DNA of 64,000 nucleotides from Bugula neritina. Taxonomy: Eukaryota; Animalia; Bryozoa. Below the pieces are notes generated by a model. It had not been told where the DNA came from. It ran no database searches and worked only from the letters and a program-made list of their open reading frames with translations. Positions 1-14,600 of the stretch are shown here, piece by piece; position 1 is the first letter of the stretch; each line of letters opens with the position of its first letter. Where the stretch lies: positions 9,558,581 through 9,622,580 of the forward strand of contig OZ037767.1 in assembly GCA_964035545.1 (NCBI GenBank). Reading direction: 5' to 3'. The position numbers were made by a program, and so were the translations under genes.

Positions 1-160
1 AGCACTTTTTTCAAGATACAGATTGCCTAAAAGGAGTTGCCCACTTGAAATGTTCGTATTTTAGTCAATCAAATACTAACAGCGATTCCGGTTTTATTGT
101 TTTGAACTTAGCGTGAGAGCCGTTGTATTTGCAGTTTTAGAAAGTTGTTTCATTGTAAGT
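1..160 (+). promoter_or_regulatory. Probable Speedy promoter and non-coding first exon
   Basis: Strong donor GTAAGT at ~156; acceptor ttttag at 2260 ahead of the ATG. Local CpGs and a CHR-like TTTGAA at 101-106. Confidence 0.45.
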
Positions 161-309
161 CATTGGTAATACTTTTTACTCTTTGTATTAAGTAATAACC
201 TCAGTCTTTTTAATACTTATTTTGCAGCAGACGAAGGCATATGGTTCAGCTGCCTATGTGCCAGAGTATTAGTAGCTCTATAATAATTAATAAAATTAAA
301 TGCACCATG

Positions 310-1325
310 AAGTTTATAGTGACAGTCACAGTTTATAATGATAATTATACATATTGATATAGTTATAGTTGAGTTAATGTTACAGCAGTAGCTGTACTAA
401 AAGTAATAGTAAATCACCAAATGTAATAGTAATATTTAATTTTAAATTTATAGCTATGCTTTAGCTTATGCCTTATACTTATAGTTATAGTAATAGTTAT
501 TGTTAAATAGTAATACTAATACTCAGTAATAGTTATGGTAATACTGTAACAGTTTAATACTAATAATAATGCTTATAGTAATTATACTAATACTTAAACA
601 TATAGTAATAGTTCACCTCATTATCATTATGATTATATTTATAATGACTATTTCTATTAGTAAAACTAAACAGTAAATCACTAAATGTATGAGAAACTTC
701 CTATAACTATAAATGTAATAATAATTATATTTATAATAGCATAACTAATGCTAATACAATTACTATTACTATTAGTGTTATTATTATTATTTACATCGTA
801 ATTTTTCACTATTAAATTTACATTCAAATTGGTTTTGCTACAAGTATAACTACTACACCAACACTATCTAGAACTATAACATTACATTTAAGTTTAGCGG
901 ACTAAAGGATTTAGGTTTGTAGATAATCTTAGCTTATAATTATAAATGTGAAAAAATAAATAAACATGTTTATAACAATATAAAAATTAAGTACTTCTAA
1001 TTCTATTTATAATTATATTATAATTATTAATATTAGTAATAGTTTAAATTAGTAATGTTATTATAATATTACTACTTTTACTAGTTGTGTTATAGCTCAT
1101 AAGCAATGTATTATATTTATTGGTTAACTTTAGTAATTAGTTGATTGTCTTTCCATCTATTTTTATATTTAATTTTATCATGATTATTATAATGATAATA
1201 ATTATGACCATCATTACATGTACTGTAAGTGTAACAGGATTACTATTAGTATTACTATTTACTAAAAAGATTGTAATTATGGTCATCATTCACATTTATC
1301 AGTTCATGTGGGTTACTTTTACTTG
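310..1325. repeat. Low-complexity tract with cryptic 3/6-bp period (Speedy first intron)
   Basis: Shuffled units such as tatagt, aatagt, aatact, tattac. Confidence 0.7.
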
Positions 1326-2361
1326 AGGGTAACTGAGATTCCATCATCTTTAGTTTGAGATTTATATCAGTTACCTATATTATTATATATTATGTTTATA
1401 TGGGCAGGTGTTTTATATAATTTTGCTACAGAAAAAACTCCTCCGTTAAATTTAAGTATTCTATAGCTCAGCAAACAGATAATAACTTGCAGATGGTGCT
1501 GGCTAGTAAAATAGAGAGAGAGGATTCAAACAGATAAAATAGACAACTCAAGCTACAGCATGTGTTAAGGTCAATTCCATGTCATTAAGGACGGGTTTTC
1601 GGCTAAAAATAGAGAAACAGTGGCATCATGCACATACTTTTCAATTACTAATAATAATAATTGATATGCAAGAATAAGATATTGCAATATAAATTTAATA
1701 TTTGATTGTTTATTAGATAATACTATTAATAATGTGTTTGTATATACAAGTCTATGTCTATAGGTGATTTAATCAATGCATTTTAATTATTTGAAACTAT
1801 TTCTCACGTTGAACTATTATTCAAGATCACTTTGAAATGGTCACTTTTTGTATATATCATACTCTAACTATTTATGATGCTATGCTGTACTATATTATTT
1901 TGGATGACAAATGCCAGCTTGTGTTTTAGAGTTGTCTATGTAAGTTATTTTAAATAATGCCAAAACTCTTAATATCATTTCTATGAGTTTGTTTCTGGCT
2001 GCTGCATATAGCACAATTTACTTATTTCAGAAATTCTGTTGTTTGGAGTATTAATTACAAACCTCGATGTTTTCTAACATAATATGATCAATATCAACAT
2101 TAACATTATTTTGTTTTTTGTTGTTTTTATATACATAGTTTTAGATACTTTTTCAGCTGTTTATTACAAAAAGTCAAAAAATTGATTAGGCCTATTGTTG
2201 ATTTTTATTGCGGAATTTGTAAAACAGATACCATTGTCAAGCTTTGTATAATTCTTTTAGAGATAGAATGTAAAGCCGAAAGAACATTTCAATTTTGTGG
2301 AGTTCTAGAGGGACTTGTGTTAGGCTAAAGAAGAAAAGCTACAGTTTTCTCTAAAGCAGTA

Positions 2362-5300
2362 ATGTCTAAGAGACCAGCAACATCTGGCTTTGAAAATTCT
2401 ATGGCAAACAAATCTCAGAAATTACACCTAAATTATGATCTTGATCCTTTAGTGTCACTTTTAAAATCTAATGTAAGTAGTAGAGTAAAAGCTAAAAGGC
2501 AGAATAAAAAGTTACAGCACAACAAAATTGGAGAGCATGCTGGGCAGTTTAAGCAGCGAACTAAATGCCAAAAACCTTGTCTTCAAAAAATTAATTCCGA
2601 TACATTTAAACTCATGTCAGATGAGATTTCTCCACAATATGAGCATACAAATTCATTAGTCAAACCTAATAGAAACCTTTCCTCAAACTTAAGCAATATT
2701 GATTCGAGTCTTTTCAATACCCGACAACAACTTCCTCAACCTGAAGAAACACTGCTAAACAAGAAAACAGTTGTCCACCATTCTTTATCATCAACCAACT
2801 CCAATTCTTATAAAGGCTTTATCTCAGTTACAAGTGAGCAAATGACCAAGTTCCTTCAACTGCTAGGTATGGTGCTCTATTTTTTCACATACATCCATAT
2901 GATATATAGTATTATGTTTTAGCTAATTATGCAGGTTCGCTAAGGTTTAAAATTAATGATGCATAATAACAAATGAAATAATGATGGCTAATAAATTCCG
3001 TTTAAATGTTTTACTTATATTTAAAGTTATAAAACTATAGCTATATACAGGATATACATCCACTGACTAGTTTCTGTTATAAATCAATTTAGTGTAGTGG
3101 ACAATAATGTGTTTTTTGTATCACAAAAAGCTTTTATGTTTTACAAGGCTATTGACAGTTTTTTTTGTATCATGAATATATTTACATCATTATTTGAAGC
3201 TTTTGGTATTTGCAAATCCGTTTAGGAAACTCATTTAAAAACAGTTTCTTTTATAGCTTTTTCATGGTTTTTGATTTAAATATTACACTCAAGTATAATT
3301 AATTTTTTATAACTCAGTATTTTGTTCTTGTGACTGAAACAAAAGTAAAATTTGTCAAATTGTTGCATCATTTACTAATAACATTTACTAATAACTATTG
3401 GACATCAATACCACCAAAACTTACCACTCTTTCCACATTTTCAAAAACAAAAAATGCTATAAATTCTGCAGCCTAACTGTTGCTAGTTTTTATATTGAAA
3501 GTTCAAAGTAATTTAATGAAACTATTAATTTGAAACTTTTTTCTAAAGTTTCTAGTCATTTCATTCAATATTAGAATGCAATAATATGCTATAACTATTT
3601 TAGAAACTCCAATAATAGCAAAATTTCTAAGATTTGATGTATGTCTTCGAGTCTCAGACAAGGTGAGAGCATGCTATGCAGCAATAGTTTTATTCTTGTA
3701 AGTGGTTGCGTTTTAGATTATAGATTCTTTCTCAACTATCTCCACTTTATCCTGTTCGGGTAACGGGTTTTAGATTATAGATCTTTCGTTTTATTTTAAA
3801 GTCATATTTAATTAGAGCTGTAGTTCAATTTCTTGAAGTTTCTTTTAATATTCTGTGTACAACCTGCTAGCAGGCTTCACAACCAAACATATGCTTATTT
3901 TATTGCAGTATTTACTGGCCATGACATTTGCATATTTTGCAAGATCCAAGTTACAGCTAATAGATTATACAGTTATAAATTTCTTCGCTGCTCTGTAAGT
4001 GCCATTAATCTTTCACTTGAGTATTTCTTTATCTTTCTTTAGATTATTTATCTGTTAAAATTATTTTATAGCTGCTCATGTTTTTACAGAGTATAATAGC
4101 ACATACTTACAAGTTGCATATATTTATTTATACACACATTCATACACACACACGCGCAAACACACAGATTCTTTGATTTGAACAAAGGAAAATTTTTAAC
4201 ATATAAGCCTTTTCTTTATTTAGAAATTCATATATATCATGCATGCAGGTATTTGGCTCATGATGTAGAAGAAGATGAAGAAGATTACAAATATGAAGTA
4301 TTTCCTTGGGCTCTGGGTACATTATGGCGAATACGGTATAAAACATTGCTATCTTTAAGAGATGGGTTGTGGAAGAGAATGGATTATAGAGCAATAGTTA
4401 GCAAGAAGTGCTGTGACGAGGTAGGATAACTCCTACAGATTGTTGGTTTATAGAGTAATTGGCTAACCTTAATATATTTATATATAGAAATATTATGTGC
4501 TGGGAGAAAGGTATTTTAAAACTATATTTAGTAGCTAATCATGAAAATCTTTCAGACAAGCCAATAGTGTGGATAGGTCAGTTCTACTTCCTGATTACAG
4601 TTGTCGTCTGCTGTTTGTTTGTCAACTGCCAGCATGCAACTTAAACTTTCTAATAAAATTTAATTAAATCAAATTAGCTAGTATATAAAATAATGTATCA
4701 ACTCTTGCCTCGAATCTACCAGAATTTTAGTCTTAGGTACTTTGATTTTCTCCTGACAGCTATTGGGTCATTCTAATTAATTGTGTTTTGATATCTGTAA
4801 TAAAGGCGAGGTTAACCAAATATACCTAAAAGGGAACACCAACACTCTAAATAGCCATTTATATAATCTATATTGTAAACAAATAGATCTAAATTTTAAC
4901 TAGCTACCATTTTGTCTTATTTTGTGTATACGTTCTACCATTCATCATCTACATTTGCTCAACTGTTTTATAATTGGCTAATTCATAGTCTTTCTAAAGT
5001 TTTTTTTGATCGCATACAGATTACAGGTGAGAAATCACGAAAATACTAAATGTATAATAATAATTAATAATTTAAATGTATATTTATTTTCTTGGTGATA
5101 TCACTGTAACTATTACAGTTTACTATTAGTTCTCAAAAAGTTGTGTTTTTGTAAATATATAAAAATAGGCTACTATAAAACTACCAACCCTTTAATATTA
5201 CCTTGAAGCCACGGTTGACTGTTTTATAACTTGAAATGCTGATTATCTTTTTGAAGATTTCATAGCAAACTGCTTCTGTTTTGTGTAGAAAACCTAAATT

Positions 5301-8300
5301 AATTTGTATATTTCTACAAAATTTTGCTAAAAGGGATTGCTAAGCTTTACATAATTTATGCTCTCGTTTACACACTGTTACTGGACAAGCGTTATGTTTT
5401 ATGTAAACTTCACAAAACCTTGACCTTATTTTTCTTTCAATGAAATTAGTTTTTATGCATATTATTATAATATATTATGAGCAACAGTTTTAATTTATGC
5501 AGCTTACATTTATACGTGTAGAAACTTTCATTCAAGATATTGATCACTTCCAGCAATGGAAAAGGAAAATTGTTCACAGAGTAGCTTTTTTAGAATATTA
5601 ATTAGGCTATGTGCTAGTCCTAGCCAAATGTTTGAGAACAGTTGAAACTGGTACAGGTACTTCGTGACTTTGGGAGTTGTATCTTCACAAACTGGGTTTA
5701 TTTGGTAATAAACAAGTTGTATTTACCAAATTATCTCTTTTTTCATGATTCTTTTTCATTTCTAATCTTGTCATGTTACTTTTAAATTGCCTTTCAAAAC
5801 TTTAGTCTTGGTAGAGTTCGCCAAAGAAAACTATTTAATACAATTATTACTGCAAAGAAAAAAAAGTGCTCAACACAGTTTTTATGTCTTGAACCAGTGT
5901 TCAGTGTTGCTTAAAATTTAATTATACGATAAACTATCAGATGTAAATGTATATACCGAAATTCCTAACACTTAAACACTTTCTCGATATGATACATACA
6001 TACATAACCAAATATTTCAAAAAGTCGATGTATAATCATACTAATAAGGTTTTTATGCTCAACTGAAGTTTGTTTATTTTCCAACTAGATAAGCACATCA
6101 TATGCATGTTGTTGCTATAACTATAATTTGTGTTGAACATAGTTTGCGCAATGTCAACTGTCTAGACTTTGAGTTGTTGGATTTGGTTGAGTGATAGAAG
6201 CGTATTATGCTATAAAACAGTATTAAACCATATCAATGCTTTACATCAAACAAGCGAATCATAAAGTCACAGTAAAATCGTATAGAAAATTATTTTTATA
6301 TATAAGTTAACAATATTATTTGTTTTTAAAAGCACTCAAGCTGTAATATATGCAGTATATGTAAGGTATTATATTATGAAAAGGTACAGCTATATCAAAC
6401 TATGTGGGGTATGAATACAAATTTCAAATTATAACAACTTATAATATATTAATTATAATAAAATGTGAATCCTAATATCTATTACTTCTAATTTTAATGA
6501 CTTTTTTGTTGAAATTATCATACCTAGCTTCCTTCTATCACTTTCCAGTTATTTGCATCGATAATTCTCCTGTCTAGCCGTCTGGATAAATTGAATTTGA
6601 ATTATTGATCACCCTAATTAAACTTCGATTGTTTTGAAGTGATCAGTAATGGTAATTGCAGGAAATGGTAGCCTTAGCGGAAGATGAGGGGTTTTTCAAT
6701 ACTTGCGTGATATAATTAAGGGTGCATCAAACATACTATGCTAATTTAGTGAATTAGTGGGTTATTTATTCTTCTTCTAGATAATGGCCATAGAACCAGA
6801 TCATGCTGTTTGGAAAAGAGAAAGGAAGGAACATCACGCTGGAGCTATTAGACCGTGGCTCAAAGACAAACATGATGATGGTAAACTAATTGGTATGGTA
6901 TAACACAAATATTTCAGCTTTATAGATAGGTTCTTCTGTATTTGCTTGTTACCAAATCAATTATGCATAGATTATTACCTGCTTTCTTGAAAACTTTTAC
7001 AGAAAATTCTAGTATTTGCATTTATAAACATTTGATGTAAACATAAAATATGATGTAAAACACTGAAGTAAATTTTAATAATTTTGCACTATGTTACCAA
7101 AACTATAAATTGAGAATATTACTATCATACTATTACTATCATACTATTACTGTCATACTATTACTGTCATACTATTACTGCCATACCATTACTGTCATAC
7201 TATTACTGCCATACTATTACTGTCATACTATTACTGTCATACTATTACTATCATACTGTTGCTATCACACTGTTACTATCATACTGTTACTGTCATACTA
7301 TTACTGTCATACTATTACTATCATACTGTTACTATCACACTGTTACTATCATACTGTTACTATCATACTATTACTGTCATATACTATTACTATCACACTG
7401 TTAGTATTACACTATTACTACCATATTATTACTATCATACTCTTACTGCCATATTATTGGTATGTGGAACAGGCCCCAATGGATCACCCAGACACTGTGC
7501 CCTCTGCAAGTATCCCCCTCAACCAGAGGAATCTGATAATGACTCTCTCAGCCCTGATAATGACAAGGTCTGGCTACAAATGAACTCCAGTAGTTCTTCA
7601 TTGGAAGAGTACAATGCAGGTGACATAACTACTGCTTCTACAGGCACTGCAGCCACTTTCAGCATGAATGGTTAGTATCATGTTTACAATAAAATTATTA
7701 TATATATAATATTGTATTCTACTATATGCACCTTCTGCTTTCCATTTGTTCATACAGTGTAGGCCTATACAAAATTCTGTATCATGCATATTTAATGAAA
7801 ACTTAGATTTTGCCTTATATATTAAAACACAAAAAATAGTATTTGCATTGATTATATATAATATGAAATATTAAAAATTTAGCTTCATTGTTTTGATATT
7901 CAAGACTGTGTAATAATAATATGGTCTGTCAATATTTGAATTTTTGCTGTGATTTATATGTTTCAAATTGAAGATCATTGGGTAGTTATAAATTATGAAT
8001 TAGTTTTATTGGTTTATTATGAGCCAAATTAAAATATTGTTTTTGTCTGCAGACATTTATTTATTCACAAGGCAATTGAAGTTTGCAATCAGACGACAAT
8101 TTTAAATCACTTAAATTAGTGGTGGACCTTTGAGTCCGTATGCGCTTACCACATGTCATAATTTATATTCCGTGACAGCAGGAAACCATGGTACAAAAAT
8201 AATGTGTCGGAAGCAAAAATTTAAATTTTGCTTATAAATTTGTAATGTAAATTATTTCAATTGTAGTGTTATTGTGAAGGTGTTATTGTGAAGGTGTTGT

Positions 8301-10047
8301 CACTTGTATAATGAATACATCATTTGTCTACTCTGTTGTAAATTGGAAATGATTTGAAGTGGGGCATCTCTAAAACCATCAGTCTGAAATAATTATGTAC
8401 AAATTGTAATCTAAGCTAATTTAGAGGGAACCTTTTGTTCAATTCATGTTTCATTTTTGCTGTACTAATACTAATCTTTAATTTTATATAGGCTCACTAA
8501 CACTACCTTATGCCATATACATGTTCGTTATTGATGATGTTGTTGTTCAGCATTTAGTATTATACCAATGATTAGCTGAAAATATTTACATTTGAATCTT
8601 TCTCTTGAGAATTATTGTATCCAAACATGTTGAGGAATTTTCTTGAGTAAAAAGTGATGTTTGTGATACATTAATTGCTGTTGATGCACATGTCATAGCA
8701 TTCATGTTGTGACTCAAGCATCCGCTATTTATGATTTAGAAATATTTGTGCTATTTGAAATAATGAATGTGTAGTGCACATAGAATGTGCTATATTGCAA
8801 CTATAAATACTTTACAAGCGCCTACCAAAAGGTTCAAGTCAATAGTCTTATCACACCAAGGTGACAAATTATCTTCCAAAAATGTGGGAATCTGGTGCTT
8901 GTAAGGTGATAGCAAGTGCTAGGTTGTCACATACTGGCAGATGATAGGTGTAAACACAGTTACACCTTTATCATTGATCTCTAAAAACTAAGTTCAATCA
9001 TTATATTTTAAGCATCCGGTCTAGCTGCTGGTCCGACACGTTAGCATGTTTGTTGGCCAAGCAAAGTTGAAATACAGTGCACGGATGTCACTAATTTCTG
9101 TAAATTGCTCTTTTTATATTGAAATATAGTTTACAATGTCTTAGCTCTTCATTTTAGTTCATTAAATGGTGACTAATTTTACACCCGTTCTGCTTTAAAA
9201 AATGCTGCAATCAAAGTTACTGACACATACACTAAATAGCAGTTTTAAGTATAGTAATTTATATTAAGACTGGTATGATTTTTAGATCATAGACTTTTTT
9301 AAAAGCCCTTCCTACTGTTAAGTTGCATATAGTTGTGACCATACAGTGCAATAAGTTAGTTGTAAACATTGGTGATGGTGAACTCAATTAAAAACCTGTT
9401 CATTTGTTTTTTCTCGCACAAATGATGAATCTCTTATATTGCTTGGCTCACATCTAAACGGTTTTGTTAGCCAAATGTGTACTATTCATATGTCAAAACC
9501 CAAAATCTCGGCTAAACTTCATTAATAAAAGTTTCAACTTACAAACTGGTTCGTAAGTTTATTGATAAAAAGTGGTTTTTCTTACAATTATTTTGATTCG
9601 TGTGACACAACTAGTAGCTTGCAAACAGTTACTATTTAAATTTAATACAATAACTCACAGACCATGTTAGTCTTGGAGGTTTTTTCATTCACGCACACTT
9701 TAATAATTGACGAAGCTTGTGTAGTATTTAGCATTCACCATACATTGTATATTATTAAATGCTCTTTATCATTCGAATTTTTTGTAGAGTTGCACATCAT
9801 TCGTGTTCGTTCTAGAAAGGAAAAATGACATATTGTTATTATTTACTAAAAGTTCTAAATAAAAATTATAATTGCTGTTGTAGAAATACAGAAAACTCTT
9901 GCATTCTCTTCAAATTCAACTAGCAAATACAGTTCTGGCTATGGACGAAGCTTGAGTGGTTGTACAGGGGACACAACTCTTGACTGGGTAGATTGTTTTA
10001 GTGATGCCGACAATGACCTTAGTGCCATGCATAAACCAGAAGCTTAA
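2362..10047 (+). CDS. SPDYA: Speedy/RINGO family cyclin-independent CDK activator (~427-431 aa)
   Basis: Exons 2362-2866, 3604-3662, 3909-3994, 4249-4420, 6781-6892 (or 6880), 7473-7670, 9884-10047; all GT-AG with matching phases. Spliced protein has the Speedy box: FLRFDVCLRVSDKYLLAMTFAYF...[29 protein letters not shown]...[38 protein letters not shown]. The last exon is less certain than the core. Confidence 0.93.
7118..7457. repeat. 14-bp minisatellite (catactattactgt), ~23 copies
   Basis: Direct reading; ends ~15 nt before the Speedy acceptor at 7472. Confidence 0.9.
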
Positions 10048-11615
10048 CTCATTTATGCAATAATGCCACTCAAGTTTTGCTGTGTTATATAGGAAATTCA
10101 TTATGGGATCTTGACTCACCTACCTAAACTTTGTGGCTATCGTGGTTAATCGAAAAATTCTAGTGTCATACCGTACGAGAATTGAATCAGTTATTATAGT
10201 TTTCTACACAGGTGTTGACACTATATATTTTTATTTAGCAATCTTTAAACTATTATGTTCACAATTTTTTTAACTTGCAAATAAAATATTTTCTGATGAG
10301 TAACAACTTCATGACTGAAAATCTCTTTAAATATTTTTAGTTAGCTCGAAGTTTCAAAATTAATTTTTATTGACCTCAACTGATAAAATTTACAATTCAT
10401 AACTAATTCATTGATTTTCTGTCTTGTTTTAACTTCTTGTCACAGAACTTATTGATTGGTGCTTAGTAAATCTTAGAATATAAACTATTTTGAATAGATT
10501 TTTAATTGAATTTATTTCATATGCAATACAACCATAGTTTTCTGAGACTTCTTAGCTACTTAATTCTAAATAATTCTAATTATCGAAAAAAAGGTATGTT
10601 CGATACTAAGAATTAGCAAAAATAATTAGGACTTTGTTAGCTACTGATAGTTCATGTTCAACTTGCTAAAGAATGGTATATTTTCTCACATTTGAGATAT
10701 ACATATAAGTATGCAATATTTCTCATGAAAGCAGTTCTAAAGCATGGTAAATGAAAAAGCAGCAACCCCCCCCCCCCCCCAGAAAGTTTTGCTGAAATGC
10801 TTTCTATGATGTGAGCATTAAACTGAGACGTACTCGCAACCAATTAATAGTCACTATAATCTAATTTCTAAGATATAGTAGGTATGTCAATGAAATAAAA
10901 TTGATTGCTAGAATTTAAGCTTGAAACTTACAAATGTATCTTCGTGCAGTCACTAAAGTTCAGTAAATCTTATTTCAATTGTATTGAATATTATAAAAAA
11001 ATATTTTTTAAATGCTTCTATATGAGAACGCCAAATTAAAAAGTTGTAATGCTGACTTTAAACATTTGTTTACCATATGTGCTAATTTACATGATTGTTG
11101 GTGTTTTGATTAGGTTTTCACTATGAATAATGTAACTGTGATTTTATCTATAGATACATACACTTGCACTGCTTGTTCGATTCATGGCCTGTTTATATGC
11201 ATTATTTATATAGAAAAACATGTATTATTATATTTATTATTCAATTTACTGGCTTACTGTACACTTAATGATGTTTCAAACCCTTCTTAGTTTGCCCACC
11301 AACTGTAGTAAACAACTTGAGTGTCTCTGTTTACTTGCCTAGTAATTTATCATAATACTCTTAACAGGGAAAATAAAGCATACCCTTCCGAAAAATTATT
11401 CTATTCGATGATAGATCACATCGCGCCAGAGCTACTTAAATCTTTATGTTTACTTCTTAGTGGAGCGTAGCCTTGGCCTGGCACGCAATAGAGTGCCAAG
11501 AGCAGAGTTGGTATGAAGCAGACGTCACACTGCCTGTCCCTGCCACCATACACTTGACTGCTAATCTCCATCTTACAGCTATAATAATATTCAGAATTAG
11601 CTGCTAGCTATAGAC

Positions 11616-14600
11616 ATGTGTGCGCATGCTGTATGCTTGCATTTGTTATTTTTATGGGCATTGGAGGGCAGAGGCTCCAGAAATATCATACATAACTGTG
11701 ATAAAACCTGTGAGGTATCAGGTATAAGTTTATATGAATGTGTAGATAAACACAAACATACTTTTGTAAATCCATTGAGGAATGCAATACAAGGCAATTA
11801 AAGGCAGAACCGGGCTAAAGTAATAAGACTTAGAGGCTATGCTAGCGCCTACATATGATCGTCATCTTAAACCTGACATACCTCACCATAGTCATGTCTT
11901 TTAAGTTTCACGCCGTGACATTACTTGAAGACAATGTTCGTGTACATTGGCACTTAGCGACAAGCTTACGACACCGTGACATGTCTGCCTTTGTGCATAT
12001 GCATTAGCTGCTAATCATGCATGACAGCATTACTGTGCTGTAACTAATATAGTAGGGAGTTGTCTAACTTATAATCACTAAACAATTAGATGAAAGATGT
12101 GTACCATTGGGTTGCACGCTAAGAACTTCCGAATATTTGTGTCAGATTAATCAACACGTGTGTGCTGTTTGTATCTATTATTCACTGACAATTGATTTCT
12201 ACCTTGAACAACATACAACAAGATGAAATTGTTTTTGTGCACAACCTTGCCTATTTCATAAGCCAAATGAATATTGCTTGGACAAACATACAAAAACAAT
12301 GATTAATAATTCAGTGAATTTGAGTTTTTGGGGCTGTTTCCGATTTCAAGTGCATTGATCTTTGAATGGTGGTCATGCTTTGATAACACAAAAAGTAGTG
12401 GCTTTAAATGAAGTGGTAATATGGTCGTGAACCCACTGTGAACTTTTCAAAGCTCTTTGTTACAACACATAAAATGCAAGATGATTAGGCTAAAGAGCAA
12501 TTATTAATAAAACTTACCTCATACTTTTAACCAAAACTAAATAGTTAGTTCTATCTTGCAAATGATTAGAACACAAAAAGTTGCCATTTTATTTATTTTT
12601 CTTATTAGACATTGTCCATGCAGTTTTGCTACCTTACAAAACAAACAACTAACTTCCCAACACATGCATGGAGTAGAAATATGTATACAGTATTAGGAAC
12701 ATAAACCTTATTTTGATGTTCAGAGCTAATCTAGCAAGTTTTAACTAAATATATGCAAGTGTTTCCCATATTATGTGAAGAGATTATGCATGTGCATATT
12801 GACACACATGCATATTACTAATGTACTATGCTGTATTACCTTATACATATACTTTGCTATTTAACTACCTTACTTTGCTATATTCACATGCACCTACTTT
12901 GTTGTATTCAGATACACATACCTTGCTATATTCACATACATATTAACTTACATGTACTGTATATACACACCACCTTGCTGTGTTAACTACATCTACAATA
13001 GAAAGAGTATAGGCTAGATTGATGAGGGCTTATTTTATTCAAGCATTGTCATTGTGTGCTGTTGAATACAACCTGTTACAGAACATGCTGTTGTGATCAC
13101 CACTTTCTGATATTTTTACACATTGCATCACCATTAGTGAAGTATTTCACACAGCTACTTTGATATTATTGCATTACTATTATAATATTGTTATAATACA
13201 TCAATGAATTCATTCATAAAACTGTGAGAATGGGCTGGACTAAGAAATAGCACACTCTGATTGGATACTGCTTAAGATATATAATGCTGGAATGTTCCAA
13301 AATACTCATAACAGTCTCAAATTTTAATTTTGCCGCTGCAATTTATAACAAGACTAGAAAATGAGAAATATAATTTACTTTGCGTCGCATTTACTGTGTC
13401 TGTATAATCTTATAGATACTTGCTTATCAAATCATCTGAAAATAAGACACATATGTCAGGTGAGAAATCTTTATACTCTTTGATCATTTATATTATTGCT
13501 ACTGAATTTTCACATATTTTACAAATATATGTACATAAATAATTATTAACTGTTGTCTACAATAACTCAATAATGTTATTGAACACTTTTTAGGAGTTTA
13601 TTACCGATTTGCGTGTAGCTCTGCCAATGTGTGCGCTATCTATTCTGACACAGTTTATCTAAGAACAACTTATTACATATAACCTGTAATGCTACAAAAC
13701 AAAAAAGAAAACTTCAAGTTTCAATTCACAGCTTTTTTGTGAGATGATAAATATTTGGTAAAAGCCATCTTATGTAATTGTAACTACCAAATCCTGTGTA
13801 AAATGATGCTAATTAAGTACATTGCTTTTGTATGGCAGCATCAGCACATTGACATCACTCAGGCTTCCGGAGTAAAACTAGAAGATGTAGATGAGTCCCA
13901 CGTCAGCATCCGAGGCATGAGATTTCCAAACAGGTAAGTTGTTAGGAGTTTGTATAGTAAAACACGTGCAGTGGAATGCAGTATGCAAGTCCTGCTTAAT
14001 GACGGCCTGTTGAGGTATTGGTATTGCATAAAAGAGTATATACATACTTATTTAGAGTACCCATATGTGTAAAAGAGTATAAGTAAAAAAGTTTTTAAAC
14101 ACAATCAGCATTCTGACCAGTACTTTAATAGACTTAATAAGTCACGTGTATATTTTTCCCAAAATGAACAAAATTTCACCATAAGTTTTAGCCCACAGTG
14201 TTGATAGTCTAGAAAATAGAACCACAGGCAACTATTCATATTGGGTCTGCTAATCATATACACTGTAAATATGTTACATATTAATTAGGATCATTAAAAT
14301 AAAAAGTTTTGTAGCAGCATTATTTTTTATTTATGCATATTACTTTCTTAGCTAATTGGTGTTACTGTTTATGTTTTGTTTTCAGTTTTTAATAATCAAA
14401 TTAAAATTTAAAAGTATAATTGTTCTTGCACTTTAACCTTGTAATCTATTTTCTGAAAACAACAAAACCAGTGTAACCTAATGCATTGAAACTACAAACT
14501 ACAAATAAACTGTTACAATGACATGATGATTAAATTGTGCTTTACTATATTGCCCTATCAAATACTATCATCTGTATTTACCACATGAGAAATATACTGT

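Noticed and set aside
10766-10780. C15 homopolymer
   Set aside because: Isolated run with no supporting context.
10048-11400. CPE-like TTTTAT elements in the Speedy 3' UTR
   Set aside because: Expected by chance at this AT content, and the UTR end is unknown.
11420-11572. 51-codon minus-strand ORF (MEISSQVYGG...)
   Set aside because: No partner exons or recognisable family; more likely the promoter region of the LamG gene.
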